Shown in pieces: positions 8,899 through 20,578 of a DNA stretch of 64,000 nucleotides (the stretch's first letter is position 1; every line of letters begins with the position of its first letter). The notes under the pieces are model-generated. The model was given only the letters and a program-made list of their open reading frames with translations, had not been told where the DNA came from and searched no databases. The position numbers were made by a program, and so were the translations under genes. This DNA is from Bryobacterales bacterium. Its GTDB lineage: Bacteria > Acidobacteriota > Terriglobia > Bryobacterales > Bryobacteraceae. Where the stretch lies: the NCBI GenBank assembly GCA_034522975.1, contig JAXHKT010000046.1:105377-169376 (forward strand), written 5' to 3'.

Positions 8899-11281
8899 TC
8901 AGCTCCGGCCCTGCCGCTCCCTGGCAATCACCAGCGCCGCAAGAATCCATCCCAAAACGCTGAGCCCCATCCCCCAATACACGCTGGCAGGCGAGTAATG
9001 CATCTCCACCCGGTGCGCTCCCGCTTCCACCACCACCCCTCGAAATGCGTGATATGCCGGGTGGATCTCGCGCGGCACGCCATCCACGGTGGCCTTCCAG
9101 CCCGGGAACGCGGTGTCGCTTAGCACCACCACGCCGGCGCAGGAACTGCGCACCGCCAGCGCCACGAAATTCATTCCATATTCCACGATTTCCGCGGAAT
9201 CGTCGCCCGAGCTTTCCTCGCAGGCGGCAAGCGCCGGAGCCTCTCCCACAAACAAAGCGGTAGCCGTCAGGTTGCGGCCGGGCGCACTCACCCGCGCCCG
9301 TAGTTGCTCGATATCCGGCACCGCTTCCGTCCGGTGAGCCACCCAGGCGCGGGGCAATGCCCCCGGCACCTGCCATGCCCGCAGCCCCCCCTCAAATGCG
9401 GCCACCGGCTGCCCCGGTGACACTCCATCCGCCGCCGCCGGCGGAGGCTCGGTGCCGATGTAATGGCTCACTCCATAAAGCTGCCGATTACCCGGAGTGG
9501 CGATACGAAGATCCCAGAGCGCCTCCGGGATGCTCGCACTGGAGCCCTGGAATACGGCCACTTGATGGATGTCCGCCAACGCTCCCCCCACATCCTCCTG
9601 CCGCAAATCGCTGCGGGAGCCCAGCGGTTGGGCGCGTAGAAACGCCACCACATCGCGGTGCTCCAGTCGCTCTCGGTAAGCGCTACGCTTGGCAAGGTCG
9701 GCCTTTGGCACAAGCGGTTCCAGCGCAGAGATCGAAAGCTCCGCCACCAGCAGCAGCGTCAACCCGCTCAGCAGAAATGCGGGCGATACCCTCTCTGCTC
9801 CGGCCTTCCCGCCCCCGCTCCACGCCCAAAGCAGCGCCGCCAGTAAAAGGGCAATCAGCGCCGTCAGCACAAAACGATCTTCAAACGGGAAGATGGTGCC
9901 ATTCCCATAAAACAGAAACACTGCGCCCAGAAAGAGAGCGCAGCCTGCGCCCGCACAACACCTTCGCCGCCGTACGGACAGAATCCTGCGCCAAACGCTG
10001 CCGCAAGGCGTCCACTCCCAACGCGGCTAAAGCAGCCGCGGCCACTGAAAACAGAGCACTGAAGGCCGCGGGCGTGCGCGCCTTCTCTACCATCGGAACC
10101 ACCGCATAGAGCATCCCGTGGAGTGCCGTATGCGCGCCCATTGCCAGCAACAAGCTGAGAACGGCGATCACCGTCAGCGCCCGCGTCAGCCGCGAGCGTA
10201 GCTCCCTCACCCCCGGCCGCACCGTCCAGAAAGCAGCGATCGCCAGCAGCGCCAGCGTCAATCCCGCAGCGCCCAGGAAATGATCGTACTGATCGACGAT
10301 ATTGGGGAACACAATGCCCAGCAAGCGATGCGGACGGCTCGAGAGAGCCTCATGCACGGAGTAGGGAACCGCATCCCGCCAGGTGAGGGGAACCGCGCTT
10401 CCCGCAAACCGCGCCGCATGCCGGCCGTATTCCCACGCGGGCACAGTTTGCAGGGCGCTCGTCAGTGCCCCGATGCCGAAGAAAAGCCCCGCCTGGTCGG
10501 CCACCGGCCTCCACCCTTCGCCACTTCGCAAAACGCGCCAAGCCCACAAACCGGCGGTCGCGAGCGAAACGAACAATGGCACCTGATGGTGTCCCGTCAG
10601 CCATGCCATTCCCAGCGCCACCCCGCCCAGGGCCGCGGCCGTTCGCGGCCGAAACCATTCCGGCCCGCGCAGCACTGCCAGCAGAATCAGCGGCGCCCAG
10701 GCGGCTCCGTTCAGCATCTGTGGCCAATCCACCCGCCCCACATAGCCGCCCAGCGAGAAGAGCAGTCCCCCAGCCAGTCCTGCCATCCGGCTTGTCCCCA
10801 GGCCCCGGCAAAGCCCATACGCGGAGAGCGCCGCAAAGCAATGCAGCAGCACGAAATACCAGTCCAGAAAGCGGTAGCCAATCAGCCCATCCCGCTGTGG
10901 CAGCGCAAACAGCAGCCAGTTCAGCGGATAAGCCGTCCCCGGTTGCACTTGGCCAAGCAGCGGTTGGCCGCCCCACTGGTAAGGGTTCCAAAGCGGCAAT
11001 TCCCCTCGCGCAAACGCGCTGGCCTGCAACTGAAACCACGGGTAGACCTGTTCCACCAGATCCGGATTCGACATCCAGTCTTCCTGATGCGTAATCCCCA
11101 CCTGGGCGTAAACCATCACCACCAGCAGGCAAAGCAGCGCCGCCACGGCACCCCTGCGCCGCGAGAGCATCAATAGCGGGCGAACAAACGGGCTGCGGGA
11201 AATCTGGCTTTCCATACTGTGCATTGAAGGCACTATTCTACCCGCAAGGCGAGCGGATTCCAGGGCAACCCTGTCGTGCAC
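8899..11281 (-). pseudogene. YfhO-like polytopic membrane (glycosyl)transferase, frameshifted (about 9949-9953)
   Basis: ORFs 9881-11281 and 8899-9921 are the N- and C-terminal parts of one protein. Removing one nucleotide from the ccc/ggg run gives ...KVLCGAGCALFLGAVFLFYGNG... The exact start is uncertain (GTG 11281 or internal ATGs). Confidence 0.7.
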
Positions 11282-11284
11282 CCG

Positions 11285-13001
11285 TCACGCATTCAGTTCC
11301 AGCCCCAAAACCATGGTATCGGTCTGCCCCAGCGGAAGACCTTCTGCTGCCCGGCGGCTGGAGTTCGCGCGGTAAAGCGTCATCCATACCGCCCCGCCAA
11401 TGAACAGGAACATCACAAACGCGCCCGGGCTCCCAAGGAGTGCAAACTCCAGATGGGCCGTAAAGAACGTCAGCAGCACAAACATCAGAACGTAGATCCC
11501 AAACATCACCCGCAGTCGGCCGGAATGCTCCGCTTTCGGACGTGTGAAGGGAACCGTATCGATCTTTCGAAGGGTCCATTCGGTGGCGATCAGTGCCATC
11601 AGCAGCAGAAATACCGTGTGCGTGCAGGCCAGCCAGGAATTCCAGGCCCATGCGTGAAACGCCAGGCAGACCAACGCGGCAGGGAACACCACCGTAGCCA
11701 GCATCACCCCTCGCAGCGCCTTCCGCACGCGCCTACCATCACCCCATTCCACCAGCCAAAAGATCCAGGAAGCTTGCAGCGAGATGGGCGTAAGGCAAAG
11801 CGTGCGAATCGCAAGCAGTGCGAACACCACCAGCACCAACGGAATCGGCAGCAAATACACATGCGGGGTCCCCACATCGTCGCCGTCGGGCGAAGCCAGA
11901 AGCGCGGAGACTTCCCGAAGCGCGTATGCCGTGGCGAGGCCAGCGTAAAGCAGAAACAGAGCGCGGCTCCGCGCGTCTCGCAGCAGAACCTTCAGGCTAT
12001 ACAGGCCAAGCGCAAAAGCGGGTGGATCGTCGCCCAACCACAGATGCATCCATAACTCAGAGAGCAGAAAGCGGGGCTGCCGCCGGCAGGCAAAATCGGT
12101 TTCCTCGATCGCGTAGCGCACCGCTCTCGGATAGGCCAACAAAATCAAAACCATCCCAACCGCCACGCTCAGCCCGGCGGCCAGCATCGCTCTTTGCGCA
12201 AACTCAGCGCCGTGCGCCAAAAAGCCATCGGACATCCAGTCGGCGAGTCCCGCAAACCAGAACGAAGGCCACCAGCGCGCGTAGAGCTAAAAGCGGAGCC
12301 CCGGAAGCCGCGCGAAGCTCCTCGATTGGAGGTGAAAAGAACATCTGCCCAAGGAACACCACGAAAATCGAAAACTGCAATGCCGCCTTCAGCCATTGGA
12401 AGGCCCGATACGGCAACACCAACAGCAGCACGGAAACGAAAGCTGCCAGGCTAAAGAAAGCAGTGGTTGCCGCAGCCACCGTGGCCAACAGATGCGCCGC
12501 AAGTTCCGCAAGCAGAGAACTTTCACTCACTGACATGGCCACCAGGGGCACCACAACCAGGCTCAGCGAGTGCATGGCCAGCACGAACACCAGCAAAAAG
12601 CCAAGCGTCGCCACCAGCTTTGCGCCCAGCACCATCGTCGGTGCAATCGGCTGCGCAAGCAGAATATGGCAATCGAAGCGATCCGGGAATAGGTTGTCCC
12701 AAAGAAACACAAAGAAGGCGCCAGCGAGAGCCAGCGTGCTTGCGTTGAGCACATCGCGCGCTGAAAGCAGGGCTTCGATACGAGCATCCGCGTTCGCGTG
12801 GGATAGCTGGAAGGAGAACCCCATAATCAGAAAAACGGCGATGCAAATGCCGTATGCCAGAAGCAGCGCAATTACGGTGGTCACACCTCCCGATGCTTCG
12901 CCTTCTCCCGTGCCGAAAAAGTCGCGTTGCAGCCTGCCGGCAAAGTGCCTCACCAGCACAATAAACTCGCGCATGCGGCGCCCTTCATGGTCTTGCAGCA
13001 T
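11285..13001 (-). pseudogene. large ABC-associated polytopic permease, frameshifted (about 12287)
   Basis: ORFs 12204-13001 and 11285-12235 are both multi-TM. ...SGAPLLA continues as LYARWWPSFWFAGLADWMSDG in the +1 frame. Lies directly downstream of the ABC ATPase. Confidence 0.55.
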
Positions 13002-13107
13002 AACGCCTCCTTCAGCCCTTCATCAGCGACAACAAATTAGCCGCGGCAACCTCCGAATCTCTCACTTCAACCAGATCGCGCCACCTCTTCCAGCGAGTTC
13101 CGCTTCA

Positions 13108-13831
13108 TCAGGCTTCGGAGGCTTCCAGAGTACCCTCTCCCACCACCCGGCCCTTCCGCAGCACAATCACCGATTCGCATACCTTCTCCACCACTTCGAT
13201 CACATGCGAGCTGAAGAAGACGGCTTTGCCCGCTTCGGCCAGCCTGCGGAGAAATGTGCGCATCATCATCGCTGTCGTAATATCGAGGCCCGAAAACGGT
13301 TCATCCAGAATGATCACGTCCGGGTTGTGAAGCAGCGCCGCCAGAAGAAGCACTTTTTGCCGCATGCCCTTGGAATACGACGCCATGGGGGAGTAGCGAT
13401 CTTCCCAAAGTCCAAGCTGGCGCAACCCTTCCGCTACTTTTTCCCGAGGGTGGGTTTCTCCTAATCCGTCGCAGGCGACCGATCAGAAACAGATACTCCG
13501 CCGCCGAAAGCTGTAGGTAGAGGTAAGGCTCCTCTGGAACATAGCCCAGAGAGCACTGATAACTTCGGAAGTCCTGCGAGCCGGGACGCAACGTCAATCC
13601 CCGAAACCGGATCTCTCCCGAATTCGGCTGCAGCAGGCCGGTAATCATTTTGACAGTGGTGGATTTGCCCGAACCGTTTGAACCAAGATAGCCCAGGATG
13701 TGGCCTGCCTTGAGACTGAACGAGACCCCTTCCACTGCCGGGATTCCAGCGAACAGCTTGCGCAGTTCCACCGCTTCAAGCACCTCGCCAACCGGTGATG
13801 CGGAACTCATCGGCGAATGCAGCGCGGGCAT
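13108..13831 (-). pseudogene. ABC transporter ATP-binding protein, frameshifted (about 13469)
   Basis: Walker A GSNGSGKST is in the upstream ORF. Signature YSKGMRQK and Walker B VIILDEP are in the downstream ORF. The joined reading is ...IGRLRGLGETHPREKVAEGLRQLGLWEDR... ATG 13831 has a ggagg SD. Confidence 0.85.
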
Positions 13832-14130
13832 AGCAGCCTCCACGTCAATCGAATGCAGAGAACCGATCGCGCATCAGGTCCGGCCTTGCCTCTTCCTTTG
13901 GACACGCTGCCGTTCGGATCGCTTTCCCGCATCATACACCACAAGTTCGGTTTCAGTTCCTGCCCAGATCAGGGCAGAAGCACCAGGGGCTTGGTGCTGC
14001 GAACAGGAGGCCTCAATCAGACGTTCCGGCTTCGAACACATGTGCGGCTGCGCTACCCGACAACTGGCGTCGCCAACACTTCCGATCCTCCGAGGACGCA
14101 CAAACAAACTGCTCTTCAAGCCTTCTCCGC

Positions 14131-15018
14131 CTAGTGAATCAACGAAAGCTCAGCCAGATGTGCCTCAATCCGAGCCTTCCACTCATCCGGCGTCCGGGGG
14201 AACTCGCATTCGTCGTCTGGTAGCAATCCAACCAGATTCTCAAACGGTTCATAGGGCACCGACTTCAGGAACGAATACCCCAAGGCTCCGGCCATCCGCG
14301 AGGCCAGCCGGGCCGCGTTGCCCAGCGTCAGGGGGATCCCTGCTTCCACCGGTGCCGCGTGCTCGGCTACAAACGCTTGAAAGACATCCGGGAATTCCCA
14401 GTGCCTCACCAAATGGCTACTCACCGCAATGTGGTGAAAGCCGAACAGTGCCTGCTCAGTGGCCAGCAGCTCCGTTTCGCTATGCACCCGGGATGTCAGA
14501 AACTTGGGATAGTCCCGCGGGAATCCCCTCAGCAGCACCAGCGAACCGATCTTAAGGTAAAGCCCCAACGAGTAAGGGCAGAACTCGTCCGTCTCGCCGC
14601 CCTTGCCAAAGTGCTTCATCAGCCTCTCGCACAGGTAAGCCGTCGCCATGTTATTGCGATGAATCTCGCCATTAAACGCATGGCTGAAGGAATCTTTCAT
14701 CAACCGCGCGTACGTAATGCGGCGGATGGCACTTTGCACGCGCTCAAAGCCGAGATAAAGCACCGCCCGGGTCACATCCTCAAACGGCTCGTAGCTCGTA
14801 AACTCGGCCGAATTGGCCAGACGCAGAAGCTCTCCAGAGAAGACCGCGTCAGACCTGATCAACGCCACCGCATCATAAAGATCGGCCTCCGGACGGGAGA
14901 ACAGGTCAATCAGTTGCGAAGCCAGCGGCGGAAAGGGCGGAAGGCGCCGACAAATCGCATGCATCCGGTCAAGGTCTAATGGCGTCGGCGCAATGGTCGC
15001 TTGGGTTAGGGTCGACAT
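14131..15018 (-). CDS. HDOD domain signal-transduction protein
   Basis: ...LIRSDAVFSGELLRLANSAEF...VTRAVLYLGFERV... matches the HDOD pattern. ggagg SD before ATG 15018. Confidence 0.75.
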   Translation of the reverse strand: MSTLTQATIAPTPLDLDRMHAICRRLPPFPPLASQLIDLFSRPEADLYDAVALIRSDAVFSGELLRLANSAEFTSYEPFEDVTRAVLYLGFERVQSAIRRITYARLMKDSFSHAFNGEIHRNNMATAYLCERLMKHFGKGGETDEFCPYSLGLYLKIGSLVLLRGFPRDYPKFLTSRVHSETELLATEQALFGFHHIAVSSHLVRHWEFPDVFQAFVAEHAAPVEAGIPLTLGNAARLASRMAGALGYSFLKSVPYEPFENLVGLLPDDECEFPRTPDEWKARIEAHLAELSLIH

Positions 15019-15135
15019 CCGGTTTTGGCTCCTCCAGCCGGGTTACGGTCTCGGATTCTTCATCGGTAGAATCGCCGCCAAACTTGAGGGAGAAACGAAC
15101 GATATCGCGGTAAGGTCGCCGATTCTTTACTACGC

Positions 15136-16587
15136 CTAGCGACGCCAGAATACCGGAGTGAACAGCACAAGCACGGTAAAGAACTCGAGCCTCCCGGCCA
15201 GCATACAGAAGCACAACAGCAACTTCGCAACGGCTGGAAGATCCGCGAAGTGGCCCGCGGGCCCCACCGCCCCCAAGCCCGGACCCACTCCAAACATGGT
15301 GGCCGCGGGAGCGCTAATGCTCGTCAAAAAATCGCATCCCAGAAAGCCTAGCGAGACCGTACAAACCGCGTAAAAGGCAAAAACCAACAAGAACATCTGC
15401 ATGGCGCTCTGCACGGTTTCTTCGTCCACGGTCTGACCGTCCAGGCGGATCCCTACCACGGCGCGGCGCTCCACCATCCGCTTCAGATGACGGCTGAGCG
15501 TCTCCATGGCCAACAGGATACGAAAGCTCTTGAGCCCTCCGGAAGTGCTTCCCGCATTGCCGCCCACAAACATCAGGAGGATCATCAGGACTTGCGTGCT
15601 GGCCGGCCAAAGGTTGTAGTCGGCTACGGCAAAACCCGTCGTAGAGCCAATGGAAGTGACCATAAAGAGCGACTTTCTCCAAGCCTCCTCCAGGCCATAG
15701 GTCCCCGCTTCCACCAGTTGCAGCGTGCAGAAGAGGGAGGCGCCCAGAAGCCACAGAACCAGGAATCGGGCTTCGGCGGAACGCGCGAAGACAGACAGCG
15801 TCCGCTGCCGCGCGAATTGAAAGTGGACCGCGAAGTTGATACTCGCGGCCACCATGAAGAAAACGATAATGTATTCGATCAACGGGTTATTATAGGCTCC
15901 AACGCTGGCGGCGCGGGGAGAGAAGCCGCCCGTGGCTACTGTCGCAAACGTGTGGCATGCCGCGTCATACCAGTTCATGCCTGCGAACATCAGAAGTATG
16001 AACTCCACCAGGCTCATCGACACATACACAAACCATAGAGCCCTGACGGTCTCCACCACCCGCGGCCGGATCTTCTCCGATTTCAGCATGCCGCTTTGCG
16101 CGCGATACAACTGGTGACCGCTGCCGCCAAGCATCGGCAACACAGCTACGCCAAGCAGCACGATCCCGATTCCGCCGAGCCAGTGGGTGAAACAGCGCCA
16201 GAACTGCAAGCTGGCGGGCAGTGCTTCGATATCGTGAAGGACGGAGGAACCGGTTGTGGTGAATCCGGCGGTGGATTCGAATAGAGCATCGATAAAAAGG
16301 GGGATATGGGAACTGAACACGAACGGCAGCGCGCCAAACAGACACACCGCCACCCAAAGAGATACCACCAGAACGAACGCTTCGCGTACGCTGAGGTCGC
16401 CCGTCGGCCGGGGAAACGCGAAGAAACAGGCGGCGCCCGGAATGACGGTGGAGAGGAACGCAAACAGGAGAGGCGCCAAGCCAGCATCCCGATATCCGAT
16501 GCCGACAGCGGCTGGCACCAGCATCGACGCCGCGAGCATCAGCAGAAAATACCCGGCGATATGGAAACCGGCGGAAAGTCGAATCAA
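15136..16587 (-). CDS. trkH: TrkH-family K+ uptake protein
   Basis: 483-aa polytopic ORF with repeated TrkH pore-loop-like segments (TTGFS, TGGFS, STGFA). TTG start in the ORF track. Confidence 0.85.
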   Translation of the reverse strand: MIRLSAGFHIAGYFLLMLAASMLVPAAVGIGYRDAGLAPLLFAFLSTVIPGAACFFAFPRPTGDLSVREAFVLVVSLWVAVCLFGALPFVFSSHIPLFIDALFESTAGFTTTGSSVLHDIEALPASLQFWRCFTHWLGGIGIVLLGVAVLPMLGGSGHQLYRAQSGMLKSEKIRPRVVETVRALWFVYVSMSLVEFILLMFAGMNWYDAACHTFATVATGGFSPRAASVGAYNNPLIEYIIVFFMVAASINFAVHFQFARQRTLSVFARSAEARFLVLWLLGASLFCTLQLVEAGTYGLEEAWRKSLFMVTSIGSTTGFAVADYNLWPASTQVLMILLMFVGGNAGSTSGGLKSFRILLAMETLSRHLKRMVERRAVVGIRLDGQTVDEETVQSAMQMFLLVFAFYAVCTVSLGFLGCDFLTSISAPAATMFGVGPGLGAVGPAGHFADLPAVAKLLLCFCMLAGRLEFFTVLVLFTPVFWRR

Positions 16588-16872
16588 TCGCTTCGACAGC
16601 CCGCAATCCAGGGCTGCTCTCGCTATTATCCGCTATGAACCGTATTCCGCAAACACGCTAGCGGCTGAAAGGACAACAGGCCGGCCAGGCAGGGGAGCAG
16701 ACAACGCCGCTAGCCTGGAGCGCTTGGCTCGCCCACGGGGTTAAACGGCCCCGGAGGCGCAGGGACCGGCCTGTTGCAGGCCCGCTTCCGGCCACGGCAG
16801 GACCAGAAATGGGCGAAGATTTGGGGGAATCGAGAGAGAAGACGCCCGATCCCTCCCGGCCTGTCAGAAAGC

Positions 16873-17100
16873 TCACTCCCAGTCCGTAAGGAAGCGCAGT
16901 TGCCATTGTGTGTTGTAGGAATCGTGGACAAGCATGTTCCACGCCTCGCCCACCGTCCGGCCCTCTTCCTGCATTCCAATGCCGTCTTCGGTGTACCAAC
17001 GAAAGAGATCGTCTCGATCGTGAAGCAGTTTGAGATGGATGTCACGCCGTGCATCGTCAAAGATGATGGCGTGACCATAGATGACTTCGTTTGCTGTCAT
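16873..17100 (-). CDS. hypothetical 75-aa protein
   Basis: ATG preceded by a strong aggagg SD. Coding-like codon usage. No family recognised. Confidence 0.55.
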   Translation of the reverse strand: MTANEVIYGHAIIFDDARRDIHLKLLHDRDDLFRWYTEDGIGMQEEGRTVGEAWNMLVHDSYNTQWQLRFLTDWE

Positions 17101-17330
17101 CGCACATCACCTCCTGGTAAGCTCTAGTACTTTTCTGACATAGAAGTGAGGTAATTACAAGGGAAATGCGATTGGTGCAAACCGAATTTACAGCATCCGC
17201 ATGGCCTCCGCTTTGAACGGCCAAATCCCTGATGGCGTTGATCCTGTAGGATAAGCTGCGGTGCCATCCGCAGCCACCATGTCGGGCTGCAATGCGATTG
17301 AGGGACCGGATTTGGTAACCTTCTTAAAAA

Positions 17331-17744
17331 ATGGACTCCAATTTGTCAGAAATCCGCGGTAATTCGGAATCCGGGTTAGAAGTTATCCTGCGACATGAGG
17401 GGGAAGCCCCCCGCGAACGCAGCACCTGCGGCTGGCGGGATCGGCTACTCTCTCGCGAAGACGAAGGCAGAGTGGTGGCCTGGGCTCACGCCGTCGATAT
17501 CGATGGTGCCAGGGAGCACTTCCACAAGGTGGCCACGGAGCTCTACTACGTGCTGGACGGGGAAGGCAGCGTGATGCTGGATGGGGTGGAGCATCCGGTT
17601 AGGAAAGGGTCCATGGTACACATTCCCCCGGGCGTCGTCCATGGAGCGCGAGGCGAGATGCGGGTGCTGGTCGTCGGGGTGCCTCACATGAGAGAGGACG
17701 ATTTGTTCTTCCCCGAAGCGGGGGCCGTGGGCACTTCCGTCTAG
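17331..17744 (+). CDS. cupin domain protein
   Basis: HFHKVATELYYVLDGEG...HIPPGVVHG two-motif cupin signature. Confidence 0.7.
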   Translation: MDSNLSEIRGNSESGLEVILRHEGEAPRERSTCGWRDRLLSREDEGRVVAWAHAVDIDGAREHFHKVATELYYVLDGEGSVMLDGVEHPVRKGSMVHIPPGVVHGARGEMRVLVVGVPHMREDDLFFPEAGAVGTSV

Positions 17745-19120
17745 AACTCGCTGCCCGCCACTTTGGCTTCCTCGAGATCATCGGGCACGCGAGCCATGGG
17801 TTGCGTGATCCCTCCCAAGCGGGCTGGCTGACCTGTGCTGGCGACCACCGCCATCCATAGATCGCCCTCAGGATTCAAGTGCTTCTTGTGGGCCACCGCC
17901 AAGGCGATGGGCACATGGACGAAGTAGTTGTGAAGATAGCCAATCAGGACGCCAGTCTTCCCCGCGGCGGCGGCATGCACGGCCATGCGGGCCATTTGGT
18001 CGCAGAGCACGCTATCGGCGGAATTTGCCGGGACGCTGCGGATGTAATAGCTGGGGTCGAAGTACTTGATCGCCAGCGGCACGCCCTGCTCGGCGAAGTA
18101 CGCTTTGATGCGCTCCTGGAGAAATGGGCCGATGTCGTGCAGCTTGGCATTGCCCGAGGCGTCGCGGTCTTCGCGGACGGCGTCGAACAAATCCTGGCCA
18201 GCCCCTTCCGCCACCACCAGTACGGCATGCTTTTTCCGGACGATGCGTTTCTTTAGAAACGCGAGAAGGCCATCCTCTCCTTCCAGATCGAAAGGCAGCT
18301 CCGGTATGAGGGTGCAGTTCACTTCCTGGCTAGCGATGGTTGCGCCCGCGGCGATGAAGCCAGCGTTGCGGCCCATCAGCTTCACAATCGCTAAGCCGTT
18401 CGGGGCGCCCTTTGCTTCCACGTGCGCGCCGTCCAGCACGTCCTTGGCCTTCTCCAGCGCCGTGGCAAAACCAAACGAGCGCTGGACGAAATGAATATCG
18501 TTGTCGATGGTCTTTGGAATGCCCACCACCGCCAGGGGGGCACCTTGCCGCAGGGCCTCCTCGGAGATCGCTTGTGCGCCGCGCTGCGTGCCGTCGCCAC
18601 CGACGCAGAAAAGCATATTGACACCCAGCGAGCACAAGTAATTCACCATCACCCGGGGGTCTTGCGGACCGCGCGACGAACTCAGGATGGTCCCGCCAAG
18701 TTTGTGAATGTTGGAAACCATCTCAGGGTCCAGCTCCACCGGGGAGAGACCGTAATCCGGATTCAATCCCTGAAAGCCATTTCGGATGCCGAGAATATCC
18801 TTAACGCCGTAATGGTAATAGAGTTCGTTGTGGACCGAGCGGATGACGTTGTTGAGACCGGGGCAGAGGCCGCCGCAGGTGACGATAGCGGCCCGGCAAT
18901 ACTGGGGGCGGAAGTAAAGTCTGGAGCGGGGCCCGGCCTTTTCAAAGTGCAAATTGACGTCGGCGTCTTCGCCGTTCTGCAACTCGATGTGCGCCAGGAC
19001 GCGGGTGCGGTCGTCGACATAATCGCCGATGCCATCGCCCGTCACTTTTGAGAGCGGGATGGGGGAAACGATCTCCCTGGGGCCAAGTTCCGTTATTTCC
19101 AACTGTTCCGGCGTGATCAT
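17741..19120 (-). CDS. pfkA: 6-phosphofructokinase (PfkA family, long form)
   Basis: TCGGLCPGLNN, GGDGT and PKTIDND motifs. 459 aa. Confidence 0.85.
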   Translation of the reverse strand: MITPEQLEITELGPREIVSPIPLSKVTGDGIGDYVDDRTRVLAHIELQNGEDADVNLHFEKAGPRSRLYFRPQYCRAAIVTCGGLCPGLNNVIRSVHNELYYHYGVKDILGIRNGFQGLNPDYGLSPVELDPEMVSNIHKLGGTILSSSRGPQDPRVMVNYLCSLGVNMLFCVGGDGTQRGAQAISEEALRQGAPLAVVGIPKTIDNDIHFVQRSFGFATALEKAKDVLDGAHVEAKGAPNGLAIVKLMGRNAGFIAAGATIASQEVNCTLIPELPFDLEGEDGLLAFLKKRIVRKKHAVLVVAEGAGQDLFDAVREDRDASGNAKLHDIGPFLQERIKAYFAEQGVPLAIKYFDPSYYIRSVPANSADSVLCDQMARMAVHAAAAGKTGVLIGYLHNYFVHVPIALAVAHKKHLNPEGDLWMAVVASTGQPARLGGITQPMARVPDDLEEAKVAGSEF

Positions 19121-19205
19121 CCGAGCGCAGGCTCCTTCGCCTCAAGGGCACACTGGCTGCAAGGCTTCACCAAAAACAGGACGACGATGTCCGCAGCGAA
19201 GAAAC

Positions 19206-19775
19206 TCAGACCTCCATCACTTCTTTTTCCTTGGCCTTGGCAACGGCTTCGACCTTGGTGATGGTGGCGTCGGTGAGCTTCTGCACTTCATCGAGGCCGC
19301 GCTTTTCGTCGTCTTCGCTGATCACCTTGTCGTTCATCATCTTCTTGAGCGAATCGTTGGCGTCCCGGCGGATATTGCGCACGGCCACGCGGTGATCCTC
19401 CGTGGTGACGTGAAGATGCTTGACGATGTCGCGACGGCGTTCTTCCGTAAGGGCGGGCACCGGCACGCGGATCAGCTTTCCGTCGTTCGAGGGGTTGAAA
19501 CCGAGATCGCTTTCCATGATCGCTTTCTCAATGGGCCGGATGAGCGAAGCGTCCCAGGGCTGGATGGTGATCATCGTCGGTTCCGGCACATGCAGCGTGG
19601 CCACCTGATTCAGTGGCGATGGCGTGCCATAGTAATCCACGCGAATCGGCTCCAGCAGGTTGATGGAAGCTCTCCCGGTGCGAATGATCGAAGCAGCGTG
19701 CTCCATATCGCCCACTACCTTATCCATGCGCGTTTTCGCGCTGTCGGTCACCTGTTTCACGGATTCAAATTGCAC
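19206..19775 (-). CDS. frr: ribosome recycling factor
   Basis: IRTGRASINLLEPIRVDYYGTPSPLNQVA... and position downstream of pyrH. Confidence 0.95.
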   Translation of the reverse strand: MQFESVKQVTDSAKTRMDKVVGDMEHAASIIRTGRASINLLEPIRVDYYGTPSPLNQVATLHVPEPTMITIQPWDASLIRPIEKAIMESDLGFNPSNDGKLIRVPVPALTEERRRDIVKHLHVTTEDHRVAVRNIRRDANDSLKKMMNDKVISEDDEKRGLDEVQKLTDATITKVEAVAKAKEKEVMEV

Positions 19776-19863
19776 GTCGAATTACCTCGTTTCCATTGAT
19801 TTTCGCACCTGCCCGCGATTGAGAGCGTGAGCGATACGCGGCGTAGAACGGGGCCGATGCCCC

Positions 19864-20571
19864 TCAGCGGATCGTGGTTCCAACCGCTTCGCCGGTCACC
19901 ACGCGCATTATATTCCCTCGCTCGTTGAGATTAAAGACGATGATCGGAAGTTCGTTATCCCGGCACATCGCCACGGCACTCGCATCCATCACTCCAAGGG
20001 CCTGTGAGAGCACTTCGCGATAGCTCACGCTCTCGAAGCGGACGGCATCGGCGTGCTTGCGGGGGTCCTTATCGTAGACGCCGTCCACGCCGGTGGCTTT
20101 GATCACCACGTCGGCCTGAATTTCAAGCGCCCGTAAGGCCGCCGCGGTATCCGTGGAGAAGTAGGGGTTCGAAGTACCCCCGGCGAAAATCACCACGCGG
20201 CGCTTCTCCAAATGGCGCATCGCCCGGCGGCGGATGTAGGGTTCGGCCACCTGCTGAAGGTGGATGGCAGTCATCACGCGGACCGGCACGTTGAGCTTCT
20301 CCAGCGCGTCCTGCAAGCCCAGCGCATTCATCACCGTGGCCAGCATTCCCATGTGGTCCGCCGTTACGCGATCCATGTTCCGAGCCGCCGCCGCCACGCC
20401 GCGGAAAAAATTACCCCCGCCCACGACGATGCCGATATCGACGTTGTGCTCCCAGATAGCCTGCACCTCACTAGCCAGTTCCGCCACGCGCTCTGCGTTC
20501 AGGCCAAACTGCTGAGAGCCGGCGAGGGCTTCACCGCTTAGCTTGAGAAGGATTCGCTTGTAAACTGCCAC
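19864..20571 (-). CDS. pyrH: UMP kinase
   Basis: [13 protein letters not shown]... and the tsf-pyrH-frr synteny. Confidence 0.95.
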   Translation of the reverse strand: MAVYKRILLKLSGEALAGSQQFGLNAERVAELASEVQAIWEHNVDIGIVVGGGNFFRGVAAAARNMDRVTADHMGMLATVMNALGLQDALEKLNVPVRVMTAIHLQQVAEPYIRRRAMRHLEKRRVVIFAGGTSNPYFSTDTAAALRALEIQADVVIKATGVDGVYDKDPRKHADAVRFESVSYREVLSQALGVMDASAVAMCRDNELPIIVFNLNERGNIMRVVTGEAVGTTIR

Positions 20572-20578
20572 GTTGTGT

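Noticed and set aside
6990-13475. Programmed ribosomal frameshifting at the frameshift sites.
   Set aside because: There are no slippery heptamers or stimulatory structures at the junctions. The gene families (rSAM, YfhO, ABC) are not known to use recoding. The shift directions are mixed across the window.
16588-16872. c-di-AMP (ydaO) riboswitch upstream of trkH.
   Set aside because: I could not find the conserved ydaO core sequences in the correct (minus) orientation. It is kept only as a low-interest item to scan computationally.
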